Shown in pieces: positions 43,962-53,092 of a stretch of DNA of 64,000 bases. Numbering within the stretch: the stretch's first letter is position 1; each line of letters starts with the position of its first letter. This DNA is from a virus. Location of the stretch: the IMG/VR virus record IMGVR_UViG_3300046792_000213, positions 1 to 64,000 of that record; one strand, 5' to 3'. A program made the translations under genes and the position numbers. Below the pieces are notes generated by a model, which had not been told where the DNA came from, did not search any database, and saw nothing but the letters and a program-made list of their open reading frames with translations.

Positions 43962-44461
43962 GCGGTCGTCTCCTCTGTCCAACCCCAGCCCTCCGCGAGG
44001 AGGCGGATGCGCCGTTCGACGCGGTTGTCGCGCCCGCAGTCGCAGGGCTTGCCGCGTTCACTGTCGTTGCAGCTTTCACCGCCGTCGTGTTCCTCGGTGC
44101 CGGCGCGGCAGGTGTACCAGCAGTCGTCGTCATTGACCAGGTGGCGCTCGGCGAGCAGGTCGGCCAGCAGTTCCCGGTCGGCGGCGATGCGGCGGAGGAC
44201 GGCGGCCGGGTCGTGGCGCGCCATGTGCGGGATCAGGCCCCACTGGAGTTCGGCCTCCAGGAAGATGCCATCCTTGCCGATCTCCGCGCGCAGATTGCCG
44301 CGAGGACGGGACACGCCGTCACTCTCCCCCGAGGCCGCCGGGTACGGACCGCGAGCCTCCCGGACGCCGCACCGGGCGTAGTCGACGTCCCGAGCGGCCT
44401 CGGCTTCGGCCTGCGCCGCGTCCAGGGTGGCGTGCAGGAACACCAGCGGGTCGGGGGTCAC
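43958..44461 (-). CDS. DUF6221-family protein
   Basis: HMARHDPAAVLRRIAADR...IRLLAEGWGW. Confidence 0.65.
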   Translation of the reverse strand: MTPDPLVFLHATLDAAQAEAEAARDVDYARCGVREARGPYPAASGESDGVSRPRGNLRAEIGKDGIFLEAELQWGLIPHMARHDPAAVLRRIAADRELLADLLAERHLVNDDDCWYTCRAGTEEHDGGESCNDSERGKPCDCGRDNRVERRIRLLAEGWGWTEETTA

Positions 44462-44889
44462 GGCCGCCACTCCTCGCGGTAGTCGGGGTGGTCGGCGTAG
44501 GGCAGCGCCAGCACCTGCGTTGCGACGTAGAGACCCGCGATCAATCCGTTGATGCCTTCGTCGTTCTCGTCCCGGCCGGGCGCCGATTCCTGCTCCTCGT
44601 ACCGCCTGATGATCCGCCGCTTCGCTTCGACCTCGGCCAACACCCGCGCCGGGTCGGCGAATCGGACGATGTGCTCGGCGTTGATCAGGTTCTGGCGATC
44701 GCTGGGCTCTCCGGTCGTGGCCACTCGTGCGGCTTCCGTGCCGAAGACCGCTTCCTCGGTGCGGCCCGACGCGGTGGCGTGATGTCTGGCCGTCGGCGTG
44801 TTCCGCCACGGCCCAGGCGTCGTCTCTCGCGCTACCGCCTCGTCCACGTCGAGCCGCGCCCGCAGGAATGCGATCAGGTCGGCAGTCAC
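44458..44889 (-). CDS. DUF6221-family protein
   Basis: LIAFLRARLD..E...DPARVLAEVEAKRRII...LALPYADHPDYREEWRP. Confidence 0.8.
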   Translation of the reverse strand: MTADLIAFLRARLDVDEAVARETTPGPWRNTPTARHHATASGRTEEAVFGTEAARVATTGEPSDRQNLINAEHIVRFADPARVLAEVEAKRRIIRRYEEQESAPGRDENDEGINGLIAGLYVATQVLALPYADHPDYREEWRP

Positions 44890-45353
44890 CACGACTCCCT
44901 CTCCGATTTGAGCGCGGCCCGGAGCATCCCGGGCGTTACGACGATCCTGTTGGCGAGGGCTTCCACGTCCTGCCTGAGCGCCCATAGCTGCGCGCTCTTC
45001 GCGTACAGCTCCGTCCGCAGGTCCCGCTCTTCCTCGTGCCACAGCATGTGCATGGCCCGGTCGGCGGCGTTCGCCACGGCCACCGGGTCGCTGGTGTCGG
45101 CGTCGAGGGTCGCCTTCCACAGGCGGTCCATGGTGTCGTCACCAATCCCGGCAGTGACCACGTCGTTCACGGGCCGCCAACTGATCCACCACCCGGAGAA
45201 CTGCATGGCATGGCCGGTCTTGGGGTCGGGGTACCACACCTCGATCTCGCCGCGCGGCCAGCCGCCGGGGGCGTACTCGATCTCCCAGCCCAAGGCCTCC
45301 AGACGCTCCAACAGAGCAGTGACGAAATTAAGGTGCGCCTCGTCGTCCGTCAT
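44886..45353 (-). CDS. Hypothetical protein
   Basis: Coupled ORF, 155 aa. Confidence 0.5.
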   Translation of the reverse strand: MTDDEAHLNFVTALLERLEALGWEIEYAPGGWPRGEIEVWYPDPKTGHAMQFSGWWISWRPVNDVVTAGIGDDTMDRLWKATLDADTSDPVAVANAADRAMHMLWHEEERDLRTELYAKSAQLWALRQDVEALANRIVVTPGMLRAALKSERESW

Positions 45354-45634
45354 GCGGTCCTTCCGAACTTCCACGGCTTACGAGCCAGCCCTTGCAGGAA
45401 CTCTTCGTGTGCGGCGGCGAGGGCGCCTTCATCGAAGATGAGCATCTGCCCCGGCAGGCAAGCGGGGTTGGCGCGCACCGTGATGATGTCGGCCGCACCA
45501 GCCTGATCGACGGCGGCGCGGATCCGGTGGACTTCCTGCGGCTCGCAGTGGATCGTCCGCTTCGACTCCTCGCGGACCACGTCCAGGAAGGTCAGCTCGG
45601 TGACGAGCCGGTCCCAGGTCAACGGCTCGGTCAC
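45350..45634 (-). CDS. Hypothetical protein
   Basis: Coupled ORF (VTEPLTWDRL...). Confidence 0.5.
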   Translation of the reverse strand: MTEPLTWDRLVTELTFLDVVREESKRTIHCEPQEVHRIRAAVDQAGAADIITVRANPACLPGQMLIFDEGALAAAHEEFLQGLARKPWKFGRTA

Positions 45635-45969
45635 GGATGATCGCCGCCGAACAGCCCCGCGAACTGGTGGCCCGGGTCGAACTCGCCGATCACCGCATCC
45701 TGCATCTGCTGCAACCGCACCTGAAAGTCGGCCATCCGCCCGAGGGCCGCGTCCGGGTCCGGCGCGCCGTACACGAGGGTGTTCACGACCCGGCGAATCG
45801 CAACCCGGTCCAGACCCTCGCGGCACAGCGCCGATTCGAGAAGCGCGAAGGACCGCCGCATCCACTCCAGATGCGCCACGAACAGCGGGTCGCCCATCAG
45901 TGCCGCACGGGCCACGGGATGCCGGGCCACGTACTCATCCAGCACCGCATCACTGTCGTACTCGGTCAT
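45631..45969 (-). CDS. Hypothetical protein
   Basis: Coupled ORF (MTEYDSDAV...). Confidence 0.5.
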   Translation of the reverse strand: MTEYDSDAVLDEYVARHPVARAALMGDPLFVAHLEWMRRSFALLESALCREGLDRVAIRRVVNTLVYGAPDPDAALGRMADFQVRLQQMQDAVIGEFDPGHQFAGLFGGDHP

Positions 45970-46352
45970 GCCGATGCCTTCCGCATGGTGACCCACTGCG
46001 ACTCGAATCTGGACAACGCCTCCCGTGTCTGGCCGTCGAGTTGTCCGGCGGCGAGCAGCAGGGTGAGAAACACGGCTCCGATGGTCTCGGCGTTGGCGCT
46101 ACTGCCTTCCTCTGCGAGCCAGCAGTCCGTCCAGCCGTCCATCGTGTTGTCGCCGCCTTTGTAGCCCTGGTAGGTGGTACCCCGGGCGGAACGGGCGTCG
46201 GCGAGCATGGCGCCGACTGTGACATTCGCGGCCGGCTCGAAGGCGAGGTCCATGTAGTCGCCGCGGTAGGAGTGCGGGTTGGAGAAGCCGAGCGGCAGCA
46301 CCAGGGCGGGGTCTGCGGCTTCGAGCGCCACAATCAGCTCGTCGAGGGTCAT
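45966..46352 (-). CDS. Conserved phage hypothetical protein
   Basis: MTLDELI..LE...PHSYRGDY.DLAFEP...GYKGG. Confidence 0.6.
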   Translation of the reverse strand: MTLDELIVALEAADPALVLPLGFSNPHSYRGDYMDLAFEPAANVTVGAMLADARSARGTTYQGYKGGDNTMDGWTDCWLAEEGSSANAETIGAVFLTLLLAAGQLDGQTREALSRFESQWVTMRKASA

Positions 46353-46392
46353 GCCGTCATTGTGCGCCCGGCGCCCGACAGGGCTGCGCCTG

Positions 46393-46842
46393 TCAGCAGC
46401 CCGCGCCGACGGCCACCTGCACGTGCTTCAACCGCTTCGCCGGCTCGGTGTCCGCGTCGTAACCGGGGTTGTCGCTGGCCCACGCCGCCTCGGTGCAGTA
46501 CCCGGCACCGGTTGGGGACGTTGAGGCGAGCGTTCGGAACGTATCCCGACAGTCGGCGCCCCCCTCGCTGCCGAGTACCTGCGCGGAGTCCGGGATCCCA
46601 GGGACCCGGTACCAAACGTCCACGTCCCGGATGGGGTCGCAACTCTTCGGCGACTTCGACGGGCGCGGCTTGGCGGACTTCGACTTCGCAGCCGGCTTGG
46701 GAGTCGGGGTCGCACTGACCGTAGGGGCGGTCGCAGTTACGGCGGGTGCGCTACTGGCCGTTCCTTTGCTTCCCTCGCAGGCGGTGAGCGTGAGCCCGGC
46801 GGCGAGTAACACGGCGGTAGCAGCAGCGGTGCGGATGTACAC
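46393..46842 (-). CDS. Lipoprotein with 4-Cys C-terminal domain
   Basis: Lipobox LTAC, Pro/Lys linker. Confidence 0.65.
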   Translation of the reverse strand: MYIRTAAATAVLLAAGLTLTACEGSKGTASSAPAVTATAPTVSATPTPKPAAKSKSAKPRPSKSPKSCDPIRDVDVWYRVPGIPDSAQVLGSEGGADCRDTFRTLASTSPTGAGYCTEAAWASDNPGYDADTEPAKRLKHVQVAVGAGC

Positions 46843-46955
46843 GAACGCCCCCTTTTGGCGATGTGACGGGCATCCTGTCACGCCCGGGGCCACCGGAGGG
46901 ACGGTTTCTGTGGGTTCGCCTGCGCCCGACGTCGTCCGCCCGGCATCCTGCGGTT

Positions 46956-47141
46956 ATGGCGGTGACTTACGCGGTGATCGGCCAGTCGGAGGCCGAAGTG
47001 AAGACGGCCCTCGCCCGGCTCTGCGATCTGTTCGGGCTGGAGTCTCTAGGCGCATCCCGACTGCCAGGACAGGAGCGGTGGCTTGGTCGGGCTGCGCCGC
47101 CAGCTGTCAGGCTCCCGCGTTCGCCTCGTCGGTCTGCATGA
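46956..47141 (+). CDS. Small hypothetical protein
   Basis: MAVTYAVIG..E.E...AL..LC...W.GRA. Confidence 0.4.
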   Translation: MAVTYAVIGQSEAEVKTALARLCDLFGLESLGASRLPGQERWLGRAAPPAVRLPRSPRRSA

Positions 47142-47589
47142 CCATCTGCAGCGCACTGACCCCCACGACGACAGCGAGGGCATCCTTCGGGCACGGAGAT
47201 CCGTCAATGTCGGCGTTCGGGTCGCCGGGGCATGAGTCCTTCGTGTATGTGTCGGCGTCACCCACAAGCTCGGTGATCTTCGTGATGGTCGGCGAGTACT
47301 GATCGGCGCCCCCGGCCACGCCGATCGCGTCGGTGATCTGCGTGAACAGGCCAACGCTGTCGGCGATGGCCTTCGCGCAGCCGCTGCTCCCGGAATCGGT
47401 GGAACAGTCCTTCATCCCATCCCCGCCTGCGAGGGCTTTCAGTTTGGGCACCCACGTCGTGGACAGTTTCGCTGCGGCTGCCGCGGTAGCGGGCTTCGCG
47501 GACGCGTCGTGGCTACTGCCGGATGAGCAGGCGGCGAGCAGGAACGCGGCGGCGACTGCTACTGCCGCGGTGGTTGTGCGGGTGCTCAC
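47107..47589 (-). CDS. Lipoprotein with 4-Cys helical domain
   Basis: Lipobox LAAC, AGGGGG RBS. Confidence 0.65.
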   Translation of the reverse strand: MSTRTTTAAVAVAAAFLLAACSSGSSHDASAKPATAAAAAKLSTTWVPKLKALAGGDGMKDCSTDSGSSGCAKAIADSVGLFTQITDAIGVAGGADQYSPTITKITELVGDADTYTKDSCPGDPNADIDGSPCPKDALAVVVGVSALQMVMQTDEANAGA

Positions 47590-47669
47590 GGGATCCCCCT
47601 GGTGTGGTCAGTGGGGATGAGCGTGGCAGGTCCCGCGTGGCCGGGCTGACGGTGTGACGATTCCGTGAC

Positions 47670-48605
47670 TCAACCGGCCCGCTTCCCGCCCCCGCCACCG
47701 CGCTTGGTCGTGGTCTTCTTCCCTGCGGTCTTCTTGGCCGGTGCCTTCTTCTTTCCGGTGGCTTTGCGGTCGCCCATGTGGTGGACGTCGGCGTGATCGC
47801 CGGTTTCGCGCCGGTCCCGTGCTTGGTCGGCGGCGGCTTTGAGTGCGGCCATGAGGTCGAGCGGGCCGCCCTCCTCCTTGCCCTTTGCGGGCTCGGCGGC
47901 CTTCGGTGGGGCGTGATCCTCGGCCTTGGCCTCGATGAGGGCTGTGACGGCTGCGGCGTAGTCGTCGTGCATTTGGGCGAGGTCGATGTCGCCCACCACC
48001 CCGATGTAGTCGAGGGCGGCCTGGATCTCATCCTCGGTGAGGTCCACGTCCGTGCGGGGTCGAGCGTCATCAGCGGACCGCAGCTCGTCCGGCCAGTGCA
48101 GGCGCTGCAGCACCAGCACCTCACCCTGAGCGTGGATCACAGCCAGGGTCTCCCCCGTACCACGGAACGCCATCTTGCCAACGGCGCCCTTCCCCGCCCG
48201 GGCCAGGGCTTCACGCATCAGCACGTAGGGCTTGTTCGCCGCCGAGCTCTGGGCCGCCAGGAAATACGGGGTTCCGAACTGCTCCCCCGGGATCGCGCCG
48301 AGGTCCACGAAGCCGCTGATCTCCACCGTCTTCGCCGTGGGCAGAGGCAGGTCGTCCAGCTCCTGATCCGAGATCGGCACCAGGGTCCCGTCGGGAGCCT
48401 CGTAGGCCCGGCCGATCTCGTCCATGCCCAGCGGCTGCGTGTGATCGTCCATCTCCAGCTCGCACACCCGCCGGTTCCGCACCCGGCCGTGGTCCTCCAG
48501 GTGGATCTGCCGGAACCCGACCTTGTGGGAGTGGACGGCCGGCTCAACCCTGACAGGGATCGCGACCAGGCCGAAGGTCAAGGTTCCACTCCAGATGGCG
48601 GGCAT
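47670..48605 (-). CDS. ku: Ku DNA end-binding (NHEJ) protein
   Basis: AIWSGTLTFGLVAIPV, FRQIH, KPYVLMREAL, LHWPDELR, DLMAALKA, basic tail. Confidence 0.92.
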   Translation of the reverse strand: MPAIWSGTLTFGLVAIPVRVEPAVHSHKVGFRQIHLEDHGRVRNRRVCELEMDDHTQPLGMDEIGRAYEAPDGTLVPISDQELDDLPLPTAKTVEISGFVDLGAIPGEQFGTPYFLAAQSSAANKPYVLMREALARAGKGAVGKMAFRGTGETLAVIHAQGEVLVLQRLHWPDELRSADDARPRTDVDLTEDEIQAALDYIGVVGDIDLAQMHDDYAAAVTALIEAKAEDHAPPKAAEPAKGKEEGGPLDLMAALKAAADQARDRRETGDHADVHHMGDRKATGKKKAPAKKTAGKKTTTKRGGGGGKRAG

Positions 48606-48736
48606 GGCGCGTCCTTCCCGTGGCGGACCCCCGGTGGCCACGCTACGGACCGCCCTCACGGCGCGCCGGACGGGTACGCCCAATCGGGTGCTGCATCGTT
48701 AGTCCGGCAACCCACCGTGGCAAGGAAAGGTCGACC

Positions 48737-49024
48737 ATGAAGCCGAGGTTGACACTGGAGGAACACCAAGACCTGGGGCTGTCCCTCGCTTGCGTCAGGG
48801 ACGAACTGGAGAAGCGGACCGCCCAGCTCGCCGACGCATACCCGCGTTCAGGACCAGAAGCGGTGCCGGGCAAGTTGCTCATTGATGCCCTGCGCTTGTT
48901 GGAGTCCGCACGATGCGAACTCGACCACATGATGTTCCGCGAGCACTGGGACGACGGAACCCCAGCGGTCTACTACCCGGACGATGACCAGCGGGCGACC
49001 TGGCGGCCAATCAGGCGGCGATGA
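48737..49024 (+). CDS. Hypothetical protein
   Basis: GGAAAGG RBS; 95 aa helical. Confidence 0.5.
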   Translation: MKPRLTLEEHQDLGLSLACVRDELEKRTAQLADAYPRSGPEAVPGKLLIDALRLLESARCELDHMMFREHWDDGTPAVYYPDDDQRATWRPIRRR

Positions 49025-49146
49025 GGCTATCCGAGGCAAGCAAGCAGCGGCTCGCTCCGGGTCGGCGAGCCGCGTGTGGCTACCCTGGCGCGCAGGCGCC
49101 CTCCCACTAGTCCTGGGAGGGCGCCTGCATCGGTCAACGGCTCAGT

Positions 49147-49707
49147 TCACTCGCGTACTCGAGCTGTCGCGTCCCGCAGGATGGCGACCTTCGTGCCGCT
49201 ACTGATCGCGGTCACGTGGGTTCCGCCCTTGAGGGTGGACTCCCAGAGCTCGTCGACGATCCGCCGAATCGCTTCCTCGTCCGGGATGTCGGGGTTCGCC
49301 TCAAGTTCAGCGAGGACAGTCATGAACTCGGGGACCTGACGGAGAGCCTGGAACCAGTCGCTGACGTCCTCGATCTCCTTGCTTCCGCGTTCGGGACGCT
49401 CGGCGATCCAGCGCGCCATCTCGCTCGAGTCTGGCCAGTCCGGGGAGTCCCTATGGCACGGCGCACACAAAAGGATGACGTTCGACGCATTGTCCGAGCC
49501 GCCACGACTCGAGGGCACGACATGGGCACGCTCGAGCGTGGCCCGCTCCCAACTCGCCCGAGGCGTCGCCTTCGCCCAGCGCTCCGAGTGCCAGCCGCAG
49601 GCGAAGCAGCACGGCTCCTTCAAGTCCTCGAGCATCGGCGCGAACGCGTTGCGGTCAGGGCTCGAGGCCCAGTGCTGTGCGAGCTGCCACTTGTCAGGAA
49701 CTGTCAT
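49147..49707 (-). CDS. HNH endonuclease
   Basis: CFACG...LERAHVVPSSRGGSDNASNVILLCAPCH. Confidence 0.8.
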   Translation of the reverse strand: MTVPDKWQLAQHWASSPDRNAFAPMLEDLKEPCCFACGWHSERWAKATPRASWERATLERAHVVPSSRGGSDNASNVILLCAPCHRDSPDWPDSSEMARWIAERPERGSKEIEDVSDWFQALRQVPEFMTVLAELEANPDIPDEEAIRRIVDELWESTLKGGTHVTAISSGTKVAILRDATARVRE

Positions 49708-49991
49708 GCCTGCCTCATCTCGTCGCGCGTTTGAACCGCGACCGGGGAGCCCCACCAGTTCTCGCCGAAGATTTCTACCAGCCGGTCGGCCACCTTGATG
49801 AGGCCCTTCTCGCGTAGTTGCTCGTCGGCGATCTCCGGGGCTTTCAGGTACTCAGCGATCCAGACGTCAAAGAGCACCGTCAGTTTGGCAGCCAACCAGT
49901 CCGTCGAGTCCGTGTCGTTGGCCTCGAGCAGGCGAGGGTCGATGTCCATGCGTACTCCGCTTCGAGTGGCAACTGCGGGCGGGACGGTCAC
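49704..49991 (-). CDS. Hypothetical protein
   Basis: Coupled between recombinase and HNH; may start at ATG 49949. Confidence 0.5.
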   Translation of the reverse strand: MTVPPAVATRSGVRMDIDPRLLEANDTDSTDWLAAKLTVLFDVWIAEYLKAPEIADEQLREKGLIKVADRLVEIFGENWWGSPVAVQTRDEMRQA

Positions 49992-51043
49992 AGTCCGATC
50001 CCTCTCATCGGGTTCTCCTCGTGGGCGTCGACCGCGCGGATGTACTCGAGCACCTGCGGCGAGCCTTCAGCCCAGCGACCCTGAGCTCGGATGGCCGAGA
50101 TGGGCGCGCGCTTCTTGTACGCCTCGGCAGCCCCGCCGGCACGGAAGCCGTGGGCGGTGTAGACGAGGTTGTCTTTCGGGAGGACCCGGGTAGCGCGTCG
50201 CTGGACCATCTCGTTGATGGCGTCCCCGGACATGGTGTCGCCCGTGATCACGTCCCATCGGTTGATGGAGCGGAGGAGTCGCCCCGTGGTGATGCCGCGC
50301 TCGAGCAGCGCTTGGCGGTAGGCGCGGACGACGCGGATGGGGTCGGTGTCGTTGTGGATCCCTCGAGGGACGACGACTTCCTCTCCGGCGCCTTCCTGGT
50401 CGGTCTTGGAGGTCCGGATGAGGATGGTGAGGTCGCCTTCGTCGTCTTCGACGATGTCCTCGATGTGGAGCCCTGCGAGTTCGGAGCGGCGGGCCATCAT
50501 GGCGAAGCCGAGGATGAAGATGGTGCGGTCACGGAGGCCGGACAGCGTCTCGAGGTCGCAGTCCTCGATCAGCAGGCGCAGTTTGACCAGGCCGATGGCG
50601 GGCGCCTTGCGTTTCCGGGTGCCGCTTTCGGCGCGCTTCTTCCGGTAGCCCTTGAGGACGCGTCGGGCTTCACCGGTCTCGGGCTGGTGTGGATGGCCGG
50701 CCACCTTGTGGGCGGAGCGGATGACGGCAATGGCTTGCTCGATGCTCGAGGGCGCCAGTGGGCGGCCGGTGCTCGAGGGGGTGGTCGTGAGGTGGGTGAC
50801 GTACTCCCACAGGGTTCTGGCGGTTGCCGGGAGGGGGACGCGTCCTCGATCGGCGCACCACTTGGTGAAGGTGTCCCACTGGCGGCTGTATGCGCGCTGG
50901 GTGTTGTCGGGGATTGATTCCTCGAGGGCGCGAAGCGCTTCGTCGGAGACGTAGTGGTCTCGCTCGGTGTGGACGGCCGCTGGGACCGGTGCTCGCGGGG
51001 CTGGGAGATGGGGTCCGACGGAGGACTCGAGGGGTTCGCTCAT
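49988..51043 (-). CDS. Cre-like tyrosine recombinase/resolvase
   Basis: NTQRAY...W..F..WC; catalytic RRSEL, SKTDQ, HGFR.G, GRW, Y in VLEYIR; no arm-binding domain. Confidence 0.88.
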   Translation of the reverse strand: MSEPLESSVGPHLPAPRAPVPAAVHTERDHYVSDEALRALEESIPDNTQRAYSRQWDTFTKWCADRGRVPLPATARTLWEYVTHLTTTPSSTGRPLAPSSIEQAIAVIRSAHKVAGHPHQPETGEARRVLKGYRKKRAESGTRKRKAPAIGLVKLRLLIEDCDLETLSGLRDRTIFILGFAMMARRSELAGLHIEDIVEDDEGDLTILIRTSKTDQEGAGEEVVVPRGIHNDTDPIRVVRAYRQALLERGITTGRLLRSINRWDVITGDTMSGDAINEMVQRRATRVLPKDNLVYTAHGFRAGGAAEAYKKRAPISAIRAQGRWAEGSPQVLEYIRAVDAHEENPMRGIGL

Positions 51044-51050
51044 CCCCCAA

Positions 51051-51086
51051 TCTTACCGCCGATAAGGCAAGTTATCCGGGGTTAGA
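51051..51086. promoter_or_regulatory. lox/dif-like recombination site
   Basis: TCTTACCGCCGATAA-GGCAAG-TTATCCGGGGTTAGA, 12/15 inverted arms with 6-bp spacer, 7 bp from the recombinase start. Confidence 0.65.
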
Positions 51087-51117
51087 GTCAACTCGAAAGA
51101 TGCGAGCGCTCAAGTCA

Positions 51118-51339
51118 CTACGCCCCGAACAGCCCGTCCTGCTCGACCTCAAACCGCCCGGGCCCGCGCACCAGGACGTCGGCCCCGAGCTTGTGCGCGC
51201 ACCCCTCACCGAGTCCGCGAAGCCTCGCGTCCCGCGACTCCAACGGCCGGTGACACATCCCGCACCGGACGACGCGACGCCCCGCCGCCAGCACCTCGTC
51301 GTCGGTGGCGAGGCCAGGCAGCGGGGCGTCAGGGGTCAT
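51118..51339 (-). CDS. DUF6011-family protein
   Basis: CGMCHRPL...ARLRGLGEGC. Confidence 0.7.
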   Translation of the reverse strand: MTPDAPLPGLATDDEVLAAGRRVVRCGMCHRPLESRDARLRGLGEGCAHKLGADVLVRGPGRFEVEQDGLFGA

Positions 51340-51348
51340 GCGGGGAGG

Positions 51349-51786
51349 CTACCGGCGGGGGGGCTGGTCCGTTGTGGCCGCGATCGGTCCCGGGGTCTCG
51401 CGGTGGCAGTCGCAGGCGCATTCGGCCATGTCCTGCTTGCGGGTGATCCGGCAGGCGGTGTGCTGGCGCCGTTCCCAGTCTGCGAGCACGGCCATGGACG
51501 GCAGGTGGGTCTGTGCCGCGCGGTCGAGGGCGAGTGCGGTCTCGCAGGCGGTGGACACGTAGGGCCGCATATGCGGGGCGATCATCAGCCGCAGATGCTC
51601 GGGCAGGGCGTCGCGGTCGGACCCGGGCGGGGGCGGCACGTAGTCGGGCTGGGTGATCGCGATCCGCAGTCGCATGCTGTCGCCGAACTCGGCTTGCACG
51701 TGGTCGGCGATGCCCTGCGCCCACGACTGCGCGTCCCCGGCGTTGGGTGCGGTGATGTGGATGGTCAGGGCGACGGTAGTGGTCAT
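51349..51786 (-). CDS. Hypothetical protein
   Basis: YVSTAC...CRITRK...CACDCH; coupled. Confidence 0.5.
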   Translation of the reverse strand: MTTTVALTIHITAPNAGDAQSWAQGIADHVQAEFGDSMRLRIAITQPDYVPPPPGSDRDALPEHLRLMIAPHMRPYVSTACETALALDRAAQTHLPSMAVLADWERRQHTACRITRKQDMAECACDCHRETPGPIAATTDQPPRR

Positions 51787-52232
51787 TTGGCACCCCCTGA
51801 GGCGACGGCCGCAGCGACGATGATCCACCCTTTGTGCCAGGCCTGGTCCATGAGGTAGCCGGCACCTGGGTCTCGTTCGAGCCATCCGGCGTGTCCGGTG
51901 TTTGCAGCGAGGCGGACGATTCCGCGGGGGTGCTTGTCTCGCCAGCGGCCGCCTTGCCGGTCGGCGATGTAGTGGGTGGCGGCGGAGATGGCGAGTGCTG
52001 CTGCTGCGCAGCCGGGGGTGAGGCGGAGTCCGAGGAGGCGTTGCCCGGCCAGGAGGGTGGCGGCTTGGGTGGCGGTGTAGGTGGCGACGTGCTTGGCGCA
52101 GGCTCGGGCGCCTTCCGGGCCAGGCTTCCCCTTCACGGTGGCTTGTGAATCGACTTGCACCCAGTGGTCGGCGACCTCGTGGGATGCGGTGAGGAGGGCG
52201 TAGGTGGCGGCGAATCGGGCGGTGGTGGTCAC
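51783..52232 (-). CDS. DUF3307-like membrane protein
   Basis: HEVADHWVQ...HVATY...THYIADR...DQAWH. Confidence 0.7.
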   Translation of the reverse strand: MTTTARFAATYALLTASHEVADHWVQVDSQATVKGKPGPEGARACAKHVATYTATQAATLLAGQRLLGLRLTPGCAAAALAISAATHYIADRQGGRWRDKHPRGIVRLAANTGHAGWLERDPGAGYLMDQAWHKGWIIVAAAVASGGAK

Positions 52233-52398
52233 TGGTTCCTCCGTGCGTCTCGCCGGGCCTGCCGTCTGGTCGCCCGGTTGGGTGTGGGCGGGTCGTCCCA
52301 CCCGTAGGGGCTGCCGCCGCGGTCGTCGGGCACGACCACCTCGTAGCGGCGGAGTTCGGTTTCCCAGTGGGCGCCGACGGTCCCGGCGCGCTCGGTGG

Positions 52399-52623
52399 TC
52401 ACGGCTGCTCCTCTTCGGCGCGGCGGGCCACGGCTTCGGCGTCCGCGATGGCGCAGGGCTTGCAGACGTCGGTGACGCCGCCTTCGACGGCGTTCAGGTC
52501 GTCCACGGTGAAGTAGCCGAAGCAGAACTGGCGCATGACCCTGCCGTCGGTGAGACGGGTCAAGAGGGTCCGGGTGTGCCCGTCCCCGTAGTCGACGGTC
52601 AGGAAGTCGACCGGCTCAGGCAT
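52399..52623 (-). CDS. Small hypothetical protein
   Basis: GGAGG RBS; CKPC. Confidence 0.45.
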   Translation of the reverse strand: MPEPVDFLTVDYGDGHTRTLLTRLTDGRVMRQFCFGYFTVDDLNAVEGGVTDVCKPCAIADAEAVARRAEEEQP

Positions 52624-53011
52624 GGGGTGCCTCCAGCTTGGCGACGTGGTCGGCGGCACCCTCGAAGAGGTGGGCGAGTTGGATGGCCGTGTGGTCGTCG
52701 GCCCACACTCCGATGATCTGGTGTGCGTGCCGGACGGCCTCGGAGAAGGACCCCGCTGTCCATGCCGGGGTCGGGAGTCCACCGGCCTCGGCTGCGGGGT
52801 CGATAAGACTGGCCACCACGATGAGGGCGACGCCTTCGGCAAGAGCGTGCTCGGGCGTTATGGCGGCGATGAAGCTGTTGAAGTCGACGGATCCATAGAC
52901 GGCGCGACGCAGCGCCAGGTACGGCCCCTCGTCGACGTACCAAGCCGCTTCGGTCAGCGCCTTGGAGACGGTGGGCGCGATAGGTAGGGCGGCGAGTTCG
53001 GTCACAGACAT
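52616..53011 (-). CDS. Hypothetical protein
   Basis: GAAAGGA RBS, 131 aa. Confidence 0.5.
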   Translation of the reverse strand: MSVTELAALPIAPTVSKALTEAAWYVDEGPYLALRRAVYGSVDFNSFIAAITPEHALAEGVALIVVASLIDPAAEAGGLPTPAWTAGSFSEAVRHAHQIIGVWADDHTAIQLAHLFEGAADHVAKLEAPHA

Positions 53012-53092
53012 GCTCACAGCGGGTCCTTTCTGGGTGCCCGGCCGGGTAGGGCCGGGCACCGTGAGGTGGGGGTCAGTGGGTGGGGGGCTGGT

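Noticed and set aside
43958-44889. Tandem DUF6221 paralogues as a novelty
   Set aside because: Common in actinomycete prophage early regions; no further signal here.
49988-51043. Calling this the prophage integrase
   Set aside because: It lacks an N-terminal arm-binding domain, sits mid-genome with phage genes on both sides, and is Cre/resolvase-like.
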